This document shows, piece by piece, positions 53,416 to 61,530 of a stretch of 64,000 nucleotides of DNA. Position numbers and translations under genes: made by a program. Within the stretch, counting starts at the first letter, position 1. The number at the start of each line of letters is the position of its first letter. The notes under the pieces were generated by a model that did no database searches, was not told the origin of the DNA, and was given only the letters and a program-made list of their open reading frames with translations. Origin of the DNA: Halioglobus sp. (GTDB taxonomy: Bacteria > Pseudomonadota > Gammaproteobacteria > Pseudomonadales > Halieaceae); contig JBDWAD010000017.1 in NCBI GenBank assembly GCA_039979015.1, positions 195,237-259,236 on the forward strand, written 5' to 3'.

Positions 53416-54678
53416 ATGAGCCAACTGCTTGTCATAGGCTATGTGTGGCCTGAATCAGCTTCCACTGCCGCCGGTGCTCACATGAACTCGTTATTGGGCG
53501 CGTTCAGGGGAAATGACGGCTGGGACATTACTTTTGCCAGTCCTGCTGCCCGCGGCGAGCATATGGACGATCTGGAGCGTGACGGCATTCAATGTGTTGA
53601 CATCGAGCTTAACTGCCAAAGTTTTGATGCCTTCGTCGTTAAGTTGAATCCTCAGGTGGTTGTCTTTGATCGATTTATGACGGAGGAACAATTCGGCTGG
53701 AGGGTCGAGAAAAACTGTCCCTTGGCCTTGCGGGTTCTCGATACAGAGGATCTGTTCTGCCTGCGGCACGCCAGGCAGCATGCATTCAAGCTGGATGGCG
53801 AAATCAATCCTGAATTAACGCCTTCTCTGCTGTTTACCGAATTGGCACAGAGAGAAATTGCCAGCATTTTGCGTAGTGATCTTTCGCTAATTATCTCGGA
53901 AGTCGAGTTCCGACTCCTTACCACATTGTTCAAAGTTGCCCCCGAGTTGCTGCATTACTATCCCCTGTGCTTTGACCCAGAAGACATGGTTCAAGCAGGC
54001 CCGCAGTTTGAGCAGCGCGCGGATTTTATTGCCATCGGCAACTACCGACACCCGCCTAATTGGGATGCTGTGCTTTGGCTAAAAGCAGCAATTTGGCCAG
54101 CGATACGTAAATTGCTCCCCGGCGCCCAGTGTCGAATTTACGGCGCCTATACGCCACCCAAGGCCACAGCGATACACGCACCAATGCATGGCTTTCACAT
54201 TATGGGTTGGGCCAGTGATGCGCGCGCAGTCATGCAATCTGCACGCGTCAATCTGGCCCCTCTGCGCTTTGGCGCTGGACTAAAAGGGAAGTTGGCGGAG
54301 GCAATGGTTTGCGGTACGCCAAGTGTTACCACAACTATTGGTGCGGAGGGCATGGCCGGCCAGCTACCTTTTGCGGGCGCGGTCACAGATAGCCCTCAGG
54401 AATTTGCCAATCAGGCCGTAGCGCTGTATCGGGAGTCGGCGTTGTGGGAAACTGAACAAAGCCATGGATACAGCATAGTTCGTCAGCGCTTTGATCAGGA
54501 AAACCACAATCAAGGCCTGCTCACCAAAGTGGCACAATTGCTGGATCAGCTTGAAAACCATCGTTTGCAGAACTTCGCAGGCTCAATGTTGCGCCATCAT
54601 TTACACAAGAGCACCCAATACATGTCGCAGTGGATTGAAGCGAAAAACCAGCCGGCAGGAGAGCCCAATGATGACTAG
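53416..54678 (+). CDS. Glycosyltransferase (GT-B fold, group 1/GT4-like)
   Basis: 420 aa. The C-terminal half reads ...NLAPLRFGAGLKGKLAEAMVCGTPSVTTTIGAEGM..., the GT1/GT4 nucleotide-sugar binding region. The N-terminus reads LVIGYVWPESASTAAGAHM. Confidence 0.8.
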   Translation: MSQLLVIGYVWPESASTAAGAHMNSLLGAFRGNDGWDITFASPAARGEHMDDLERDGIQCVDIELNCQSFDAFVVKLNPQVVVFDRFMTEEQFGWRVEKNCPLALRVLDTEDLFCLRHARQHAFKLDGEINPELTPSLLFTELAQREIASILRSDLSLIISEVEFRLLTTLFKVAPELLHYYPLCFDPEDMVQAGPQFEQRADFIAIGNYRHPPNWDAVLWLKAAIWPAIRKLLPGAQCRIYGAYTPPKATAIHAPMHGFHIMGWASDARAVMQSARVNLAPLRFGAGLKGKLAEAMVCGTPSVTTTIGAEGMAGQLPFAGAVTDSPQEFANQAVALYRESALWETEQSHGYSIVRQRFDQENHNQGLLTKVAQLLDQLENHRLQNFAGSMLRHHLHKSTQYMSQWIEAKNQPAGEPNDD

Positions 54679-55540
54679 ATTGTTACTTCCAATGACTGTT
54701 GGCTTGATTCTCACATTTTCTGGCATGACGAGGGCCGAAACGAAAGTTGCAGAAGACTCGCTCGCCAACGCCGATCTGGCTGAACTTGATCGCAAGCTCA
54801 ATAATCCACTGACCAGCATTTGGTCAATGACTTTGCAAAATAACACATCGATCAATTCCGGGGATGCTGTTGATGGCGACGAAACCGCGAATACACTGTT
54901 CTTCCAGCCATTCATGCCGTTTGAGGTTGGAGAGGATAGTCAGGCGATGCTGACATTCAGGCCGGTATTTCCATTGGTAACCCAGCCTGTGCTCGAAGGA
55001 GACCCATTAGAGTCTAGCGGTCATGAGACCGGCTTTGGTGATATTCAGCTACTGGCTCTCGCTGGCCCAAATACGGGAGAAGGCCTGGTGTGGGGCGCAG
55101 GCGCGACCTTTGCATTTCCCACGGCATCGGATGATGTACTGGGCCAGGGTAAATATCAGGCTGGACCAGCGGTGATGATCTTCAACATAGGAAAGCCCTG
55201 GGTCTATGGTGTGTTGGCCCAACACTGGGAATCTTATGCCGGGGACGATGACCGCAATGACACCAGTCGCACGGAGGTTCAATATACCATCCGATATGCC
55301 TTGCCAAATGCCATGTCAATCGGCATGGGCCCAACGATCACTTATGATTGGGAGGCCGAATCCGACAATGCGTTGACGTTCCCGGTCGGCTTGGGAATCA
55401 CAAAAACGACTCGTTGGGGGAAAATGCCGGTGAAGCTGCGAGCTGAACTTCATTATTCGATGATCAAGCCTGACGACTATGGTAGCGAGTGGAATTTCCG
55501 TATCCAGGTAACCCCAATCATAAATAATCCTTTTAAGTAG
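54668..55540 (+). CDS. Outer-membrane beta-barrel protein (MetA-pathway/'transporter'-family-like)
   Basis: ~290 aa from MMTRLLLPMTVGLILTFSGMTRAETK (signal peptide), with alternating beta-strand pattern and a C-terminal ...FRIQVTPIINNPFK ending in an aromatic-x-K. The ATG overlaps the glycosyltransferase 3' end by 11 nt. The ORF-track start at 54491 lies inside the upstream gene. Confidence 0.65.
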   Translation: MMTRLLLPMTVGLILTFSGMTRAETKVAEDSLANADLAELDRKLNNPLTSIWSMTLQNNTSINSGDAVDGDETANTLFFQPFMPFEVGEDSQAMLTFRPVFPLVTQPVLEGDPLESSGHETGFGDIQLLALAGPNTGEGLVWGAGATFAFPTASDDVLGQGKYQAGPAVMIFNIGKPWVYGVLAQHWESYAGDDDRNDTSRTEVQYTIRYALPNAMSIGMGPTITYDWEAESDNALTFPVGLGITKTTRWGKMPVKLRAELHYSMIKPDDYGSEWNFRIQVTPIINNPFK

Positions 55541-55800
55541 TCTGGATAAGGCCTGCTCAATACCGGGTTCGATAATGCCGATGAACTCCCACAAAACTGG
55601 CTTTAAACGCCCCTGTTTACCGGCAATGTTGACAGTGAATCGTGCGGGTGGCTGCAAATGTCAATAATTCTGGTGGGCACCGTCATTTTTGCGGGGCCGC
55701 AGACAGGGAATAATCAGGGATATGGGTGGCCTGTTGCGATTGCTCGCAGAAAAGCCCAACAATAATTTCTAATAGCGCACTGGCGCAGGAGTATCTCACT

Positions 55801-58140
55801 ATGGATCACACTAAGTACAAGGCGGTACTGGCGCTTTCAGTCGCATCTGCCCTTGGGTTAAGCCAGCAGGCCAATGCCCAATTGGAAGAGGTGGTGGTTA
55901 CCGCGCAGAAGAAGCAGGAAACCCTGATCGAGGCGCCTGTGGCTGTTTCTGTTGTCAGTGGGCAGGAAATTGCCGATCTTTCGATTTTTCAGGCCGACGA
56001 GTTGAACAAGCTGGTTTCCGGCATGGACATCCGCTACGAAGGCGATTCCAACGTTGGCGTTGGTCTGCGGGGCGTGGGTACGTTTGCCCAGCAGTCTGCA
56101 CCAGCGCGGGTTGGTACGTATCTGGACGATTTTTATATGGCGTCACAGGCAGCCGTGGCGCTCGGATCCATGTTTGATATGGCCAATGTTCAGGTGCTTA
56201 AAGGTCCACAGGGTACGCTTTACGGCCAGCCATCCCCGACGGGCGCGCTGATTATGGCGAGTCAGGATCCAAATTTCGACGGCGTTAATGGCTATGTTCA
56301 GGGTAGTTACATGGACCCCGCGGGCTATAACGTGCAAGGCGCCATTAACCTTCCGGTAACCGACACCCTTGCAGTGCGCATTGCCGGTTTGGTGGATGAC
56401 CGTGAAACGGGCACCGAAGTGAAGCGAGATGCCAGCGTTAATTTCATTACAAAAACATTGGATGAAGAGCGAAACCGCTGGGGAACACGTGTCAAGGTAT
56501 TGTGGGAACCGAGTGAAACGTTCCAGGCTAAATTAGGCTATCTCTACATGGAGAGCGACGAGTCTGAAACCTATCGAATTCTTGAAACCGAAGACGCCAG
56601 CAATCCAAACCTGGTGAATTATCCCAATCTGAAGCCAGGTGACCGGATTGCCATCGCCGACAACGCGGACGAGACGAGCAAGGAAGATACCATGGTCACC
56701 TTGCACCTGAACTGGATGGTCGGCGATATCGAGGTCAAATGGTTCAGCGGTATGCTGGAATCGATTCAGGACGTAATCAGTGACCAGGACAACACCGACC
56801 TGCCTAGCGCAATCCTTACCCAGTCTACTGAATTCGGTAAAAGCGGTAAGACCAATCAGCATGAACTCAGGGTGAATGGAACAGCCTTCGATTTTTGGGA
56901 TTGGACTGTGGGTGGTTACTATGCCGATGCGGACTCCCAGACCAATGTAGTGGTGGATCAACACATTTATGCCGTTGACGCCAACCCGGGGCTCGGCAGT
57001 GTGGGCGTTTTTCCATTCACGCTGGATATTCCAATTCCGTCACGTGTAAAGGCGCTGTTTACTCATAACGACTTCGCACTAACCGAGGATACTACCCTGA
57101 CGGTCGGTGTTCGTTACAACGAATTTTCCCAGCGCGCTGGCAATTCACAAAGCGGTAATTTTCTATTCGGTTCGCAGATTCTGCCGGGCGGTGAGATCAC
57201 CGATCCAGACTTTATTATCGAAAATGCGTTTCCCTGCTTTGACGGCCAGTCACCACCCTGTGAGCTCGGGGAATCCTATGCTGTGGAGGAATGGACGGGT
57301 ACGATCAAGTTGTCCCATTACTTCAGCGATGCATTCAATGTCTACGGCACTGTGGACCGTGCCTATCGGCCCGGTGCAGCCAACTTTGATACCACAGGTG
57401 TGTTCACACCTGATCTCAATGCCTACGATGGGGAAGAGGTCGACAGCATAGAGATAGGTACCAAGGGAGATATTTTCGATGGCAGCGCGCGCTACACAGC
57501 AGCGGTGTATTTCAGCGTTTATACCGACTACCAGGCTCGAGCCAACTTTGAAGCTTACAACACGATTACCGAGGAAAACGAAGTTATTACCAACTCACCT
57601 TGGGTGAACGTGGACGAAGCAGAACAGTGGGGTATCGAGGCAGACTTGCGTTGGTATCCAACCGATGACTGGATGCTCTACGGTGGTTTCTCCTATGCTC
57701 AAGTCGAGTTTACGGATGGTGAAATCCCTTGTACCGATCCGGGGCAAGCCCCGGTTGGCCCGGACAATCGCTACAACACCTGCGCAGCCGATGGCCTGAA
57801 CGCGAGCGAGCAGCCAGAGCTAACGGGTGTCCTGCAAACTGAATATACCTTCTCGCAGTTAATCGGCGACAGTGATGCCTACGTCGGAGTACTGTATGCG
57901 TACCGAGGAGAGGTTGAAGAAGTTCCCGGTGATGCAGCAGGGCGTCTCGACGTTGATAGCTATGGCACGCTGGACTTGTTCACAGGCCTGCGGTCGGAAA
58001 CCTGGAGTGTGCAGGTATTTGCCAAAAACCTGACAGACGAAGATGGAGTTCTCAGTCGACGCCCTGTTGGTATGGAGTACAACGAATTGACTATGACTCC
58101 ACCCAGGACGATCGGTATTACGGGTAGTTACAACTTCTAA
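55801..58140 (+). CDS. TonB-dependent receptor
   Basis: ~779 aa from MDHTKYKAVLALSVASALGLSQQANAQ (signal peptide). The plug start LEEVVVTAQKK.ETL..AP and the C-terminal ...IGITGSYNF (terminal Phe) are present. AGGAG lies upstream of ATG 55801. Confidence 0.92.
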   Translation: MDHTKYKAVLALSVASALGLSQQANAQLEEVVVTAQKKQETLIEAPVAVSVVSGQEIADLSIFQADELNKLVSGMDIRYEGDSNVGVGLRGVGTFAQQSAPARVGTYLDDFYMASQAAVALGSMFDMANVQVLKGPQGTLYGQPSPTGALIMASQDPNFDGVNGYVQGSYMDPAGYNVQGAINLPVTDTLAVRIAGLVDDRETGTEVKRDASVNFITKTLDEERNRWGTRVKVLWEPSETFQAKLGYLYMESDESETYRILETEDASNPNLVNYPNLKPGDRIAIADNADETSKEDTMVTLHLNWMVGDIEVKWFSGMLESIQDVISDQDNTDLPSAILTQSTEFGKSGKTNQHELRVNGTAFDFWDWTVGGYYADADSQTNVVVDQHIYAVDANPGLGSVGVFPFTLDIPIPSRVKALFTHNDFALTEDTTLTVGVRYNEFSQRAGNSQSGNFLFGSQILPGGEITDPDFIIENAFPCFDGQSPPCELGESYAVEEWTGTIKLSHYFSDAFNVYGTVDRAYRPGAANFDTTGVFTPDLNAYDGEEVDSIEIGTKGDIFDGSARYTAAVYFSVYTDYQARANFEAYNTITEENEVITNSPWVNVDEAEQWGIEADLRWYPTDDWMLYGGFSYAQVEFTDGEIPCTDPGQAPVGPDNRYNTCAADGLNASEQPELTGVLQTEYTFSQLIGDSDAYVGVLYAYRGEVEEVPGDAAGRLDVDSYGTLDLFTGLRSETWSVQVFAKNLTDEDGVLSRRPVGMEYNELTMTPPRTIGITGSYNF

Positions 58141-58156
58141 TAGGAAGGTTCGTCTA

Positions 58157-58186
58157 GCGCGGGCGCATAGGCGCTCGCGCTTTTTT
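58157..58186 (+). terminator. Rho-independent terminator of the TonB-dependent receptor gene
   Basis: GCGCGGGCGC-ATAG-GCGCTCGCGC (10 bp with one G-U pair) followed by TTTTTT. Confidence 0.85.
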
Positions 58187-58537
58187 ATGCCCAGCAATCC
58201 CGCAGTAGAGCACCACTCGGTGCGTTATTTCCAAGGCGACAGAAAGCCGAGCAAGTCTTTTCCGTGCCATTTCCTGGTTCTTCTTGCCAACACCTGGTTT
58301 TCGCTCGCCGGTTCTCGCTTTTTGAATATTGGATAGTCTGGTCAGAATCTCTGTCTGCGACTTCTATGTAGCCTGAAAAGGCTATACTGTCCACGTGAGA
58401 CCCTTACCTTGCAACCCGGACTTGGCCTGTTTTGAGGGCGACGCAGGCGAATAGCTCACGGTGTATTGGCGCACGCGGGCCATGTGCTCTAAGGTCATCA
58501 ACGATAACTAAAAATATTCAGTGTGGAGTAACGACGC

Positions 58538-60655
58538 ATGGCTACTTTTTTTTCTATAGTTCTGAAGCTTTCTCTCACAGCATTATTGCTGGTCGTTTTT
58601 CCTGCCTGGTCAGCCGAAAAGCAAGCGCCTGCAGCTGTCGATACCGAGCGTCTTCTGAATGCGGACAACGAGCCTGGCAGCTGGATGTCTTACGGTCGAA
58701 ATTACAGCGAGCAGCGATTTAGTGAGCTAAAACAGGTCAATACAAAAACGGTCGATAAGCTGGGCCTGGCCTGGTCTTTTGAGCTGGAAACCAAGCGCGG
58801 TGTAGAGGCGACGTCCATTGTTGTAGATGGCGTCATGTACACCACCTCGGCGTGGAGCATTGTGCACGCACTAGATGCAAGGACCGGCAAGCTGCTGTGG
58901 ACATATGACCCCAAGGTCGCGAAAGATAAAGCGCGCCACGCCTGCTGTGATGCAGTTAACCGGGGTGTTGCGGTATGGGAAGGCCAGGTGTTTGTCGGTG
59001 CATTGGATGGACGTCTGGTGGCCTTGGATGCGGCATCGGGTAAGCCAAATTGGACGGTTGCCACTGTCGATCCACAATTGCCCTATACCATTACGGGTGC
59101 GCCTCGAGTGATCGACGGCAAGGTGCTCATTGGTAATGGCGGTGCCGAGTATGGTGTGCGCGGCTTCCTGGGTGCTTACGATACCATTACAGGCAAAGAA
59201 GTATGGCGTTTTTACACGGTTCCGGGAAATCCAGCGCTAGGCTTTGAAAATGAAGCTATGGAAATGGCTGCCAAAACATGGAACGGAAAATGGTGGGAGC
59301 TGGGAGGTGGTGGTGGCACCGTGTGGGATGCGATGGCCTATGATCCTGACCTCGATCTGTTATATATCGGAGTCGGTAATGGCACGCCATGGAATCGAGA
59401 GATCCGCTCACCGGGCGGAGGCGACAACCTGTTCCTGTCATCCATCGTCGCCCTGCGCCCTGACAGCGGCGAATACGTGTGGCATTACCAGACGACACCC
59501 GGAGAGAGCTGGGATTACACAGCCACGCAGCACATTATTCTCGCGGAAATAGAGATTGAGGGTAAAGAGCGCAAGGTGCTGATGCAGGCGCCGAAAAATG
59601 GTTTTTTCTACGTGCTTGATCGAACCGATGGCTCCTTACTGAGCGCTAACAACTATATCGATGTTACCTGGGCAACCCATGTCGATATGAAAACAGGCCG
59701 CCCAGTGGAAGTTGAAGGAGCACGCTATAAAGATGCACCTTTCCTGATTACACCGTCCTATTTAGGGGGACACAACTGGCACCCCATGTCCTACAACCCG
59801 AACACAGGTCTGGTCTACATCCCGGTGCTGGACTTCCCTGCCAACTACGGCCAGCCGGAAAATTTCATTTATCGAAAGTCGAGCGCTAATATCGGCATCG
59901 ATGGCATCATTGGCAGCTTGCCTGACAGCGCAGCTGAGCGAGATGCCTATGGGGCAGCCGTGAAAGGGCGCCTGCTGGCCTGGGATCCGCGCACTAATAC
60001 CGAAGCCTGGCGAGTAGAGCACAAAGGCACCTGGAATGGTGGCACCTTGAGTACGGCAGGTGGGCTCGTTTTTCAGGGCACCGCTGATGGCAAGTTTGTC
60101 GCCTTCCGAGCGGATAATGGCGAGCGGCTGTGGGACTTTGCAGCACAAACCGGTATTGTTGCGCCCGCGATGACCTATGAAATAGACGGGGAGCAATACG
60201 TATCGGTCAATGTTGGCTGGGGTGGCGCTTTTGCGCTGGTTTTTGGCGAGTTCGTGCAGGCCGAGAGCGTCCCCAATGTGAGTCGTGTCCTGACGTTCAA
60301 GCTAGGCTCTGATGGTGCGTTGCCCGAGGTAGATTGGCAGCCGACCGTCGCGTTCAACCCTCCGGAGCAAACAGCCAGTGACGCCGAAATTCGCAACGGT
60401 TATGCCCTCTATCAGGATATCTGCATGGGTTGTCATGGTCTTAATGCAGTTTCAGGATTGCTGATTCCAGATCTGCGCGGCTCTGCTTACCTGCATCATG
60501 CCGAGGGCTGGCAAGAGGTGGTTCTGGGCGGCAAACTCCGAGAAAATGGGATGCCCGCCCATGACGAACTGCTGGTAGAAGACGAGTCTGAGGCTATCAG
60601 GGCATATGTTATCCAGCAGGCCTGGCGTGGCAAGGCATTGAAAGATAGCGAGTGA
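58538..60655 (+). CDS. Quinohemoprotein (type II) PQQ-dependent alcohol dehydrogenase
   Basis: 705 aa with a signal peptide, an eight-bladed PQQ propeller (…NYSEQRFS…, the vicinal Cys pair HACCDAVNRG, W-rich repeats) and a C-terminal cytochrome c domain with CMGCHG. Confidence 0.9.
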   Translation: MATFFSIVLKLSLTALLLVVFPAWSAEKQAPAAVDTERLLNADNEPGSWMSYGRNYSEQRFSELKQVNTKTVDKLGLAWSFELETKRGVEATSIVVDGVMYTTSAWSIVHALDARTGKLLWTYDPKVAKDKARHACCDAVNRGVAVWEGQVFVGALDGRLVALDAASGKPNWTVATVDPQLPYTITGAPRVIDGKVLIGNGGAEYGVRGFLGAYDTITGKEVWRFYTVPGNPALGFENEAMEMAAKTWNGKWWELGGGGGTVWDAMAYDPDLDLLYIGVGNGTPWNREIRSPGGGDNLFLSSIVALRPDSGEYVWHYQTTPGESWDYTATQHIILAEIEIEGKERKVLMQAPKNGFFYVLDRTDGSLLSANNYIDVTWATHVDMKTGRPVEVEGARYKDAPFLITPSYLGGHNWHPMSYNPNTGLVYIPVLDFPANYGQPENFIYRKSSANIGIDGIIGSLPDSAAERDAYGAAVKGRLLAWDPRTNTEAWRVEHKGTWNGGTLSTAGGLVFQGTADGKFVAFRADNGERLWDFAAQTGIVAPAMTYEIDGEQYVSVNVGWGGAFALVFGEFVQAESVPNVSRVLTFKLGSDGALPEVDWQPTVAFNPPEQTASDAEIRNGYALYQDICMGCHGLNAVSGLLIPDLRGSAYLHHAEGWQEVVLGGKLRENGMPAHDELLVEDESEAIRAYVIQQAWRGKALKDSE

Positions 60656-60773
60656 ACCGCTCTATTTTCAAAGTCAGATTCAACTATTGCTAAGGGCGCA
60701 CCGCCTGCCTTAAGCCAGAAAGTGCAGCATAGGCTGCAAACATCCAGGCGCCACCTATTGAGATTGTAGATTG

Positions 60774-61523
60774 ATGCAGAGATCATTGTTGAACCGATAT
60801 GGGGTTATTGCCGCTTTGGTGTTGGTAATAGCAGTCAATTGGCTAGCAAATTGGCTTCCCCTTGGTGGCATGACCACCGGGCAAGTCTCAGCCTATTATG
60901 AATCCTTGTTTACCCCTGCAGGGTTTACCTTTTCTATCTGGGGCGTCATCTATACGGGACTGCTCATTTACGCGCTGTACCAGGCGGCGCATGGACAATC
61001 CAGTAATGCCCTACTGCAAGATGTGGGTCGACTTTTTATCGTCAGCTGCTTTCTGAATTGCCTGTGGTTGTTCGCGTGGCATTTCCAAATGATTGCTGCT
61101 TCTCTGGTGATCATGGCGACAATACTGGTAAGTCTGATATTGATTTATCGCCGATTGCAAAGAGGGGATGACGTTAGTGCGATGGTTTCAATTCCTTTTA
61201 GTATTTATCTGGCATGGATTTGCGTCGCTGCTATTGCTAACGCTAGCGCTTTGCAAACAGCGATGAATCTGAACGATACAGGGCTTACGGCGATACAGTG
61301 GACGCTAGTTAAACTCGCCTTAGCCGGTGCGATTGGTGCTTCAGCTGTGCTGCGAAGGCGCGACATCGCGTTCATCGGAGTAGTTGGATGGGCGGCCTAC
61401 GGGATTGCCGTAAAGCAAGTGGGAACACCCGAAGTGTATGGCGCAGCCGTGCTAATCGTTTTTCTGGCTGCAATGCTGTTTGCCTTTGACTGCCTGAGGC
61501 GGGTAGCGGACTTTAGGACCTGA
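60774..61523 (+). CDS. TspO/MBR-related (tryptophan-rich sensory protein-like) integral membrane protein
   Basis: ~249 aa with ~7 hydrophobic segments. NWLANWLPLGGMTTGQVSAYYESLFTPAGFTFSIWGVIY resembles the extended TspO-like family. The family call is from memory. Confidence 0.55.
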   Translation: MQRSLLNRYGVIAALVLVIAVNWLANWLPLGGMTTGQVSAYYESLFTPAGFTFSIWGVIYTGLLIYALYQAAHGQSSNALLQDVGRLFIVSCFLNCLWLFAWHFQMIAASLVIMATILVSLILIYRRLQRGDDVSAMVSIPFSIYLAWICVAAIANASALQTAMNLNDTGLTAIQWTLVKLALAGAIGASAVLRRRDIAFIGVVGWAAYGIAVKQVGTPEVYGAAVLIVFLAAMLFAFDCLRRVADFRT

Positions 61524-61530
61524 GTACAGG

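Noticed and set aside
54491-54667. ORF-track N-terminal extension of the outer-membrane protein. Similar extensions occur at 55726-55800, 23639-23704, 22638-22706, 25919-25978, 21108-21155, 50111-50152 and 8027-8095.
   Set aside because: The extensions lie inside upstream genes or lack an SD. Internal starts give proper signal peptides or HTH N-termini with SD sequences.
55541-55800. Riboswitch (cobalamin/TPP) in the leader of the TonB-dependent receptor.
   Set aside because: AGGGAA and GGTGGGCAC-like strings are present. However, I could not find the B12 box (GCCACTG-type) or the TPP CTGAGA/ACCTGA elements.
58538-60655. Lanthanide-dependent (XoxF/PedH-type) dehydrogenase, suggested by the adjacent TonB-dependent receptor.
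   Set aside because: The segment GESWDYTATQ has Thr, not Asp, two residues after the putative catalytic Asp, whereas Ln-dependent enzymes have D-x-D. The heme c domain also marks it as a Ca-type quinohemoprotein. This rests on my manual placement of the catalytic Asp and should be confirmed by alignment.
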